DNA of 63,670 nucleotides, filler included, from Trichomonas gallinae (Eukaryota): NCBI GenBank assembly GCA_008369845.1. It is 12 parts of 12 records of this genome, joined end to end, with 100 filler letters (N's around TTAATTAATTAA, not from the genome) between each part and the next. Parts side by side here need not be neighbours in the genome. Positions count along the whole stretch, not along the records: positions 8,372 to 13,899 come from MRSU01001353.1; positions 14,000 to 32,196 come from MRSU01001354.1; 10 more parts are not named here. One strand, written 5' to 3'. Below are positions 10,006 through 19,224 of this stretch, one piece after another (position 1 is the stretch's first letter; each line of letters starts with the position of its first letter). The notes beneath the pieces are model-generated. The model searched no databases and was not told where the DNA came from. It worked only from the letters and a program-made list of their open reading frames with translations. The position numbers and the translations under genes were made by a program.

Positions 10006-12963
10006 TTAAATCTTGTCATAAGAGGAGTTTGCAATAGAAGCACCCTTACCACAAGTGAAAATGAAGACGACTGCTGTAGAAACGTTTGTGAAAACGTTTG
10101 ACCAGAAGTTAGCGTGTGGGAATGCGACCTCACCCTTGATGAAGAAGTTGAAACTAGTGAATCCAATGACGTAAACTGCAGCACCAAGGAAGAGAATAAG
10201 GAGGAAGATAGCACCGCCTGTCATGGCAGCACCTGGGAAGACTGTGTTGGCTGGGCAGCCATAGCGGGACTCTACCTCGAGTGTGACCTTGAATGCTGAG
10301 CCGAAGAGCTTAGCAACTGGATGCCAGTACATCTGTCCCCATGGGACATCGACGTTGCACCAGAACTGGAGCCATGTCTCATAATTGCCGATACCGCCGT
10401 CGTACTCAATGTGGAAGCCAGCGTTGACATCGGTATCGTTGTTGAGCATGTACTCAAGACCGTAGCGGGCATCACCAACTTCGTAGCAAGCCTTGACGCC
10501 GTCTGTTGTGTTGAAACAGAGCCATGAGTGGGCCTTGATGCCTGGCTCAGACGCGTAGCCGTCGCAGACGTGGCCGGCTGGGCATCCGATGAGCTCCTTT
10601 GGTGAGAAGTAGACGTGGACTTTGCGGAATGAATCGCCGTAGCCGAGATAGATGTCCTGATCGTGAGCTGGCAAGTCAGCGAGGTTGACGCTGAAGTGTG
10701 TGCCGCCAACTGTTTGGGACTTCCATGTTGTAGCGTATGACTTTGGTGCTGGCTTGGCTGTTGGCTTCGGGATGATTGGATCGAGGAACTTGGATGTGCA
10801 GGCAAGTTCTGTGACTGTGTTGTACTCGAACTCAGCGCCGTTCATACCCTGGTGGTAAACGACATATGTGTCGAACTGGCTGAGTGTGGAGACGTTCTTG
10901 CCAAACTTGCACTTGAGTCTGATGTCAGCACCAACGCCGTAGCCACCCTCGTACTGGATCATAGCACCGTCGTTGATTGTGGACATCTTGACGCCCATGT
11001 TGATGTCGGCGGAGTTGTGGCACCACTGTGTGGACTTGATGTCGTTGAGTGTCCAGCATGTCCACATGTTGGCCATAGCATCAGCACCACCCTCGCATGT
11101 GTGGCCGGCTGGGCATTTGATCTTCTTCCATGGTTTGAACATAGTCTTAACATCACCGCGGAGTCTGTTCTGGACGAGTATACCCTCTCTGAAGAGGTCA
11201 TCGTCGTGGACTGTCTCGAGGTCGATGTAGATGAAGTGTGTTCCGTTCTCCCAGAAGAGGTCGTTATCTGGTCTGGGGTTGAAAGCTGGTGTTGGTGTTG
11301 GACCCTTCTTTGGAACTTTTGGAACAAGCTTTGGAACTGGTGTTGGAGATGGGCCGTTACCGTAAGCGCAGGCGCTCTTGGATGCACCGGAGATCTTAAG
11401 AACTGTACCATCGAGGACAGCCTTGTCATCGATTGTAAGCTGATTACTAAGTCCCTTTTCATCACATCTGATGGAGAACTCGGCACTTCTGCGCTGATCG
11501 CCGTAGTACTTGACTAAGAGGCCATTTGTAATTGCGCCATCGATCATACTGGCTTCTGGAGATGTCTTGTTGTTGAAGAGGCCGAAAGCATCGCATGTTG
11601 GAGTGGATCCAACGCCGCCCTGATCTAAGTCACAAAGCCAAACAGTTGCAAATTCATCACCATCGCAGTGGTATGGCTTGCCTTCTTTATTATGTGGGCA
11701 CCTAAGACCGCCGCATGGCTGGACTATAAGTTTCTTCTTCTGTGGAGGAAGTGTTGGGAGTGTGATTTCAACGTCGTATCCTCCATTTTGGTTTAATGTA
11801 TAGAGGTCGATGTTAAGCTTCCATTCATCACCTTTGTAGTTCCTCTGTGACTGCTCGTACTTGCAGAAGCCAGCTGGTGGAACTGGCTCTGGAATGACTT
11901 TAAGGCAAACGTCTCTGTTATCAAGTGTTGTGACAAGGCGTTTGTCAGAGAATTCCATTGGGTTAAGGTCAAGCTGTACATAGCCAAGTGGCATTGTTTG
12001 TTCGCATTCCCAGTTGATCCAAGTTTCTCTTCCAGAGTTTGGTTCAATGAGCTTGTGGAGAACACCTGATTCTTCAGTGGATGCAAGTGAGTAATCTGGC
12101 TGCTTTTTCTCGTAGCCATAGCTCTTGCATTCACCTAAAGTTGGGTTTGTTCCGGCATTTTCAATGCTGCAGACCCAAGCAGATGAATACTTTTCACCTC
12201 CTGGGATCTTTGCATTGAATGGTGCATTTGAGTAGCCACATGGTGTATAGTAAAATACCTTAGGCTCACCACCATACACGAAGTAAGAGCGGATACCAAT
12301 TGGGCCATTGTTAAGTGTGGCAAAATCAACATCAATACCAAGATCAGAATCTTTCTTAAAGTTCTTGAATTTGCAATCTGGCTCCTCTGGTGGATCCGGT
12401 GGAGGAGATGCCATGTTTTGGGCGCATCCATCTGCATGATTCCATTCAATAAAGATGGAGTGACGTCCTTGTCCATTATCGCTAGCAAAAACGTTTGGTT
12501 TAATATCTCCTTTTATGCTTGGATCGCAACGGAGGCTGTGAACTATATCAAATGTTTGGTATAGATTGCCACTAACTGTTGCTGGATTTCCATCAGCATA
12601 GTAAAGAATTCCCTTTGTAAGGTTATTAATATCCTCAACATTATAATCAAAGTCTGTAGAATAAGCGGCCTCGAAGCAAAGCATTTGAGCTGTGTTGCAA
12701 GCCAAAGCGCGGACATCAAAATCTAAATTAGCGTAGTGAGGAACATCAGCGCTAGTAAGTGGTTTTCTTGGGCTGATAAAGTATTCCCATTCGTTAATAG
12801 TGTGTCTGATAACTTGGTGATTCTCGAAGAGGGTTCTAAAGTCCCATCTATATTTATCAATCTGAAAAGTGCAATCGCCCTTATCTGTGTTGTATTCTCC
12901 AATCCTAGAACTTCTTATTGGTCTAAAGAAAGTCCTTTGTTTAATAGCAAGAAAAGAAAGCAT
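10006..12963 (-). CDS. Mannose-6-phosphate-receptor-like type I membrane protein with ~5 MRH-type Cys-patterned domains
   Basis: Five repeats of C..(F/Y)...DL..L / PC / C...G / Y.GG / C / AC are separated by Pro-rich linkers. The TM GGAIFLLILFLGAAVYVIGF is followed by FPHANFW (MPR/ATG27-like) and a terminal YDKI (YxxPhi). Confidence 0.75.
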   Translation of the reverse strand: MLSFLAIKQRTFFRPIRSSRIGEYNTDKGDCTFQIDKYRWDFRTLFENHQVIRHTINEWEYFISPRKPLTSADVPHYANLDFDVRALACNTAQMLCFEAAYSTDFDYNVEDINNLTKGILYYADGNPATVSGNLYQTFDIVHSLRCDPSIKGDIKPNVFASDNGQGRHSIFIEWNHADGCAQNMASPPPDPPEEPDCKFKNFKKDSDLGIDVDFATLNNGPIGIRSYFVYGGEPKVFYYTPCGYSNAPFNAKIPGGEKYSSAWVCSIENAGTNPTLGECKSYGYEKKQPDYSLASTEESGVLHKLIEPNSGRETWINWECEQTMPLGYVQLDLNPMEFSDKRLVTTLDNRDVCLKVIPEPVPPAGFCKYEQSQRNYKGDEWKLNIDLYTLNQNGGYDVEITLPTLPPQKKKLIVQPCGGLRCPHNKEGKPYHCDGDEFATVWLCDLDQGGVGSTPTCDAFGLFNNKTSPEASMIDGAITNGLLVKYYGDQRRSAEFSIRCDEKGLSNQLTIDDKAVLDGTVLKISGASKSACAYGNGPSPTPVPKLVPKVPKKGPTPTPAFNPRPDNDLFWENGTHFIYIDLETVHDDDLFREGILVQNRLRGDVKTMFKPWKKIKCPAGHTCEGGADAMANMWTCWTLNDIKSTQWCHNSADINMGVKMSTINDGAMIQYEGGYGVGADIRLKCKFGKNVSTLSQFDTYVVYHQGMNGAEFEYNTVTELACTSKFLDPIIPKPTAKPAPKSYATTWKSQTVGGTHFSVNLADLPAHDQDIYLGYGDSFRKVHVYFSPKELIGCPAGHVCDGYASEPGIKAHSWLCFNTTDGVKACYEVGDARYGLEYMLNNDTDVNAGFHIEYDGGIGNYETWLQFWCNVDVPWGQMYWHPVAKLFGSAFKVTLEVESRYGCPANTVFPGAAMTGGAIFLLILFLGAAVYVIGFTSFNFFIKGEVAFPHANFWSNVFTNVSTAVVFIFTCGKGASIANSSYDKI

Positions 12964-13820
12964 ATGTTATGTGAAAAAGTGACAGAGCTTGCAGTTGAGA
13001 TAAACCTCTCAAAGATTAAGACAAACCGCTATCAACAAATCATCGCTTTTCTGGATTTTTGAGCAAAAGAAATTCATCTACGAATAAAAAAAATTTTTAT
13101 AAAACAATGATCTATCGTTTTTTTACATAAATAAGGCGCGCAATGTTGTTTTCCGCATCCTGTGATATCAATAAATAGTTCTGTCGCGTAATGGTCGTAA
13201 AAAACGCTACCGAAATGATAAAACGAATTAAAATGTTGGAATTTTAGAAAATTTCATTATTAAATCGAAACGGAATTGAATGATTCAGCAATTTACAGAT
13301 TTACTGATCAACCAATGTCGAATCACCAAATTTCACAGAATGTTTGGACATGACCTCTACTAAATTATTCTTTCTTTTTATATGTAATGATCTTGTGATG
13401 ATGATTATAAAGCGGAGCAAACTAAAAATGCTAAATAAAATTATTATATTTTTTTTCATTCATCGTAGTAAGGTTAGTTTAAAATATTCCTTCTCTCAAT
13501 CAAGTAACCTTACAAAAAAACTTGCTCTTTTGTCAAAACAACAAAAAAGAACCCGAATGAAAATGAATCACGAATAACTAATTATTGGTTCAATATAAAT
13601 AAACATACTATCTATAGAATAATTTATCAGCTCTAATCTATCTTAATTTATAATTTGACCGACCAAATATCAATGTCAGTCATACGCAAACGAAGCAAAA
13701 ATGATGGAGTGATATTTACATTGACTCGGAATTTAATTTGTCAAGTAAAGAATAATTTGTCAAATATATAAAAGTGTTAAAAATCAATTCTATATTATAA
13801 ATATGTTTTAATAGTGTAAG

Positions 13821-13892
13821 TCCGATATCGTTCAGCGGTTAGGATATGTGGTTTTCATCCACAGGATCGGGGTTCGACTCCCCGTATCGGAA
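13821..13892 (+). tRNA. tRNA-Glu (anticodon TTC)
   Basis: Acceptor stem TCCGATA/TATCGGA, anticodon arm TGTGG-TTTTCAT-CCACA, T arm CGGGG-TTCGACT-CCCCG, followed by a T-run (Pol III terminator-like). Confidence 0.95.
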
Positions 13893-13999
13893 AATTTTTN
13901 NNNNNNNNNNNNNNNNNNNNNNNNNNNNNNNNNNNNNNNNNNNTTAATTAATTAANNNNNNNNNNNNNNNNNNNNNNNNNNNNNNNNNNNNNNNNNNNN

Positions 14000-14039
<40 letters not shown>

Positions 14040-14280
14040 TGACTCGGCATTTTATATTGCTGACTTTATGTCCATATCATGAGTTTGAAATGGATATAAT
14101 ATATTATCGGTTAACGAGCATCAAATTTGAAAGGCCATTTCAATTATTGAATAATCATTCAAAAATCAAGTCCGATTACTTTTTTGATATTGCTATATAT
14201 CATGTGATAAGTAAATTTATCAAGACTATTTGAATCCGCATAATCTTATCGTATTTAAAAAATTGAATCGTGTTTTTCTA

Positions 14281-15936
14281 ATGTTTTCATTGATAAAGAC
14301 TCGCGTTGATTATTTCACATATAATGACCTACAGAAAAACGTATCCATTACAAAACCCGGGAGCTACACCGTTTACAATTGCTTCATTTTTAATATTACT
14401 GATAACTCGAAATCTCCATTTAGCATGGCTGTTAGTAAGTATTCAACACTAGACATGTCAGAATGTACATTCATAGGATTGAAATCTCAAACAGGTGGTG
14501 CCATGAATATTAAAGGAACCTGTGATGTTAATATGAATTTTATTTGTCTCAGTGAATGTCAGGCATCAGTAGTCGGGTCATTTATGTACATAGAACTTGA
14601 TTATGAAATGAATTTATCATATTTAACAGCACAAAATGGTCTCCCATCTACAAGTCCAATTCGTATTCTAAACAATATTAATGCTAACAATATAAATGTG
14701 TCAAATTCGGAATCATTTAAGAGTAGTGAATATTTTTCATACGGAGTTTATTACATTGAGAAAGTTAAGCAGCCATTTACATTAAGTTATTCAACTTTTT
14801 TCAATAACACAAGTCCATGTGGAATATTTTATACATATTATTTAACAGTTAAAGGAACGGTTTCAAAAACGAATTTTGTTGAAAATGTTGCAAGTGAATA
14901 TTCTGTTTTTTATGCTCAACATTGCAGTCAAATGATTTATTTGACCGGCTGCACTTTTTATTATAATAAATTAATTCCTGGTTCTGCTAAACAATGCTAT
15001 TTGATCACTTCTGATAAAAGTCATATTCAGTTTATTGGGGATTTAAACAGTTTTTATCATAATGAATCCATACCAGGATCATACTTCTATATCACACGAC
15101 GGGGAGAATTTATTGATACAAATGCTTATCAAGTTAATCAAGACAATGGCCCACTGACATACAAATATTATCAAACAGCTGTTTGTTACGTTGCTGATCC
15201 TTATACAGAGGAAGAACCAATTCCAGCCCAAACACCAATGGCTACTCTAGATACAACTCCCTTCATGACACCAACATCAACACCATCCAATACACCATCT
15301 ATCACCACATCGAACACACCCTCAATAACTCCATTTATCACTCCTTCAATAACACCATCAAATACACCTTCAATAACTCCTTTTAACACAACGTCAATGA
15401 CTCCATCGAACTCGCCTTCATTTACTGTATCTAACACACCTGAATCTTCACCTATGATAACACCAAATGATATTCCTTCCATAGATTCTCCATTGAGAAC
15501 TCCATTCAACATTCCTTCTAGAATTCCATCAAAACAAATTCCTCATAAACACATTTTTGTTCCTCGAACACAAACGCCCTCACAAAATTTACAGAAAATA
15601 GCCAAGCAAGACACTTTGAAGCCTGATAAAGAGCAAAAGAAAGACATTCCATGGATTTGGATCGGAGTTGGAATTGGTGCAGCACTTCTCATCGCATCAG
15701 TCATTATAGGTGTAACTGCGTACAAGAAGAGTGTTGCAGTAAAGTCAGATATTACTTATTCGGAAAGTGCTGAGATGACGACCATCATCACAACAACTGA
15801 TATAAATCTAAATGTTACTCTTGGAAACACGCTTTTCACGACAACAGTCAATTCTGATGATCCATTTTCAGGACTTAATGCTGATGATCCATTCGCAATG
15901 ACCCCTGATGAAAATATGATTAATATTTTTGATTAG
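14281..15936 (+). CDS. Pmp-like (beta-helix, GGAx/FxxN) type I surface protein with TPS-repeat stalk
   Basis: GGAM, FFNN and FVEN motifs, TPSNTPSI repeats, TM IWIGVGIGAALLIASVIIGV, and a tail with two DDPF. First ATG is at 14281 (the track starts at an upstream TTG). Confidence 0.8.
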   Translation: MFSLIKTRVDYFTYNDLQKNVSITKPGSYTVYNCFIFNITDNSKSPFSMAVSKYSTLDMSECTFIGLKSQTGGAMNIKGTCDVNMNFICLSECQASVVGSFMYIELDYEMNLSYLTAQNGLPSTSPIRILNNINANNINVSNSESFKSSEYFSYGVYYIEKVKQPFTLSYSTFFNNTSPCGIFYTYYLTVKGTVSKTNFVENVASEYSVFYAQHCSQMIYLTGCTFYYNKLIPGSAKQCYLITSDKSHIQFIGDLNSFYHNESIPGSYFYITRRGEFIDTNAYQVNQDNGPLTYKYYQTAVCYVADPYTEEEPIPAQTPMATLDTTPFMTPTSTPSNTPSITTSNTPSITPFITPSITPSNTPSITPFNTTSMTPSNSPSFTVSNTPESSPMITPNDIPSIDSPLRTPFNIPSRIPSKQIPHKHIFVPRTQTPSQNLQKIAKQDTLKPDKEQKKDIPWIWIGVGIGAALLIASVIIGVTAYKKSVAVKSDITYSESAEMTTIITTTDINLNVTLGNTLFTTTVNSDDPFSGLNADDPFAMTPDENMINIFD

Positions 15937-16794
15937 AATGTTATGTTGATTTAACCATGAATACATCTTTCCTCATCTATCCATAATTATAGCTTCAATT
16001 ACCCGAACTTTATTATTGCAATAACAACTGATTATAACACATACATGTTGAAATCTTTTGGAAACAAAATTAATTAATGAAATTATTGTTGAGATTTTAT
16101 TATTCGATGTTGAACTGAATGGAAATTATTTGTTGTTTAGAAACTAAGTTTCTGATATTTGAGTTTAATTATAATAAACATAATATGCTGTTCATATTAA
16201 TGAATCTTATAATAATTTTTAGGCGTCAAAGTCATTATTTATCATGATTTTTTCAACGGCGTTTCCAGTTTGTTTACATAGTGACAGTATCTATATATAT
16301 AGTATGAAACAGGTTTCAAAATGTAAAATTAGTAGCTAAATAACCGCCATTAATTTGGTCGATTGAACTCTTTTTAGATTAAACTTTTGGTTGTCATTTT
16401 AAGCATGATTTTATGATACTATGTCATCAATAGATATGTTTGATAGTTAATAATTGTCTGGCATTTAACAAAAAAATAAAATGACTTTTGAATTGCATTT
16501 TTTATTTGTTATATTTGATTATATGGACATATAAACAAATATTTAAATTTTTGAGTAAAAAAATCGATGTTAGGAATTAATCGACTATTTTCATTTTATA
16601 TATAAAAATATGCATTTTGTTCTTGATGTCAGAATAAATAAAAGGTTTATGCGATTGAAAAAATTAAATTCCATTCAATATTTGAGATTGTTATCAAAAA
16701 ATGGTCCAGCAAAATTGTTAAAATTGCTTTAAAAGCATATTTGCGGCTAAATAACGATAAATTTAAAATATTGTATTCAAAATTGAGCATTGTA

Positions 16795-18309
16795 ATGTTT
16801 TCATTGCTCTTTGCATTGGTTATAGCTGAAAGTTATAACGGAATATTCAATTCTTCTTTAAAAATCATTGAACAAGGTGAATACAACCTATACGAGTGTT
16901 TTTTCCTTGATTTTGGAGATATTAATCAAGAAGAATCAGCATTAGACATTAATACTAATGAAGAATGTACTTTAGATGTTGTAGCATGCACATTTTTCAA
17001 AACCAAATCATACAATGGTGGTGCTATAAAAATCAAAGAGAATTGTTTGGCTAAATTATACCTTGTTTGTTTTAGTCATTGCGAAGCTAGTAAACTTGGT
17101 GCATTTATTATGACAGGAATTGATAATCAAGAAAATCCATCCACTAGTTTACTTTTGTCATATATTTCCGCTGAATATGGCTTAATGAGTGAACGTCCAA
17201 TATGTATTTCAAATAATTTCAATGCCACTAATATTAATGTATCACAATCAGAGTCAATTAACACATATTCAAATTTGGGATCTTATGGAGTTTTTTATCA
17301 AAGTTTTAACACTGAAACATTTATCCTAAAATTTTCTAATTTTTACAATAATACATCTCCATGCGGTATTTTTTATTCATATAGTGCCAAAAACTTTAGT
17401 GATGTTTACACAACTAATTTTGTAGAAAATCATGCTGATTATTATAGTTTATTTTACGTTCATTACAATTATGGTAATCTTATACGTTTGTCAAGCTGTC
17501 TGTTTTATAATAACCTTTTGACTAGTAATGCAGGTTTACTTACAGCAAAACATGGTTCAATCATATTCAAAGACAAATTTAATACTTTCATTGGAGAATT
17601 TGAAGGCGATTTCCCAGGATCAAGGTATTTTTATAAAGCTAGAGGTGGTGATATCTTTACTAGTGCAGGTTATCGAGTTAATCCTGATAATTTCGATTCT
17701 CCTGACATCTATACGTTTTACTCAACAGCTCAATGTTTTGCTGTTGATCCCTATCCAAGAATGACGGCCACTCCATTTCCTTCTCCTTCAATCACACCAT
17801 CAACGACCCCAGAAATGACTCCAATACCATCACAAACACCAGAGATGCCAGAAGAAACACAAATACCAGAGATGCCAGAGCAAACACAAACACCAGAGAT
17901 GCCAGAACCATCAGAAAAGCAAATAGTACCAGAACCATCATTGCCACATAATAAGCAAAATAGAGGTCATGCTGATAAGAAAGAAAAAATGAAGTGGATT
18001 TGGACTGCAGTTGCTATTGCTGCATTTCTCGTCCTTGCTACAATAGCAGTTGGCGTCTATGTTTACAAAAAGAAATTCTCAAGCACATCAGAAACAATTG
18101 ACTACTCTGAGAACACAGAGATGACAACTATTATGACAACAACAACAGGTCAAGTAGTTGAACTCGACGTAACTCTTGATAATCCATTGTTCACAGCGGA
18201 AATCAAGTCTGATGACCCATTTGCTATTGAAGATAGCGATATTCCATTTGCTGATTTGGACAATGAAGTCGATCTTCAAGATATATATGTCACTAATCCC
18301 AAAAAGTGA
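16795..18309 (+). CDS. Pmp-like type I surface protein, tandem paralog of 14281..15936
   Basis: Signal-like MFSLLFALVIA; GGAI, FYNN and FVEN; shared SYGV, NNTSPCGIFY and PGS blocks; TPEMPE stalk; TM; tail with NPLF and DDPF. Confidence 0.8.
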   Translation: MFSLLFALVIAESYNGIFNSSLKIIEQGEYNLYECFFLDFGDINQEESALDINTNEECTLDVVACTFFKTKSYNGGAIKIKENCLAKLYLVCFSHCEASKLGAFIMTGIDNQENPSTSLLLSYISAEYGLMSERPICISNNFNATNINVSQSESINTYSNLGSYGVFYQSFNTETFILKFSNFYNNTSPCGIFYSYSAKNFSDVYTTNFVENHADYYSLFYVHYNYGNLIRLSSCLFYNNLLTSNAGLLTAKHGSIIFKDKFNTFIGEFEGDFPGSRYFYKARGGDIFTSAGYRVNPDNFDSPDIYTFYSTAQCFAVDPYPRMTATPFPSPSITPSTTPEMTPIPSQTPEMPEETQIPEMPEQTQTPEMPEPSEKQIVPEPSLPHNKQNRGHADKKEKMKWIWTAVAIAAFLVLATIAVGVYVYKKKFSSTSETIDYSENTEMTTIMTTTTGQVVELDVTLDNPLFTAEIKSDDPFAIEDSDIPFADLDNEVDLQDIYVTNPKK

Positions 18310-19224
18310 TTTTCTGAGTGACAAAAAAAAAATGATTTACCCATGAATGTTTTTATAGTTAATAAACATCTGTCTGTCCATTTTCTATTTTGTTCATAGT
18401 AATGATACTTTGAAATGATCATGGATATGGCTTTAATTCCAATAATAAGCATATTGATCAATGGAATATCTTTCCATAAGTTGAATACACACAGATTAAT
18501 TATGCAGAAAATAAATTTTAAATTAAAGTATATGAAAACTCTAGCAGGCTGCAAATTATTAATAAATTATATTTTGATGATAACCAAAAAACAATATCAT
18601 AATCGTAGTTGATATTACTATCATTATTTGCCTTCAATAGAACAATAGCATTCCTATAAAATATATTAAATAAATTTGAAAATTATTATATTAATGGCTT
18701 ATGATTGGGGAAAAACAGATAGCTAATGTATGTTAAGAATTTGATGATGCTGAGTATATATGTTTTGCTAGATCTTATGTGAAAAATTGATCAAATATCA
18801 TAATCAATGATAGTTGATTCAAAGGTAAAGATATAAAATGTATACACACGCCATTAACCTGCATTAAATCAGCGAATATTCATATACGGTATCAAATTAA
18901 AATCTTCGAATTTTCCCAAAAATAACATCAATATTTGGGTTTCTAGACATAACCAGATAGGAGAAGTCACCAAAAAAGACTGTATGTAAGTTATACAATG
19001 GTCGTGTCACTTTTCATTAATTATTGTCACTATTAAAACAAATAACTGATTATTAAAATAAAATTTCGTATCAGTTAATTTCTGAACAAACATTTTACGT
19101 AAACTTCAGAAAATTTCTTTATCGTTGCGAATCTAAAATCAATATATTTAGATATAAAAATAGAAAATAGATAATGATAAGAAAAAACGAAATTTTTCAA
19201 TATACGTTTTTTTGTTCAAAAAAA

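Noticed and set aside
10114..12488. Many long antisense and alternate-frame ORFs over the MPR-like gene (also over CAND1, Nap1, calpain and SDR)
   Set aside because: Shadow ORFs produced by codon bias; no independent motifs.
13717..14176. Shared TACATTGACTCGG and AAGTCCGAT on both sides of the gap near the tRNA
   Set aside because: Short matches across an artificial junction, and no second tRNA fold at 14168.
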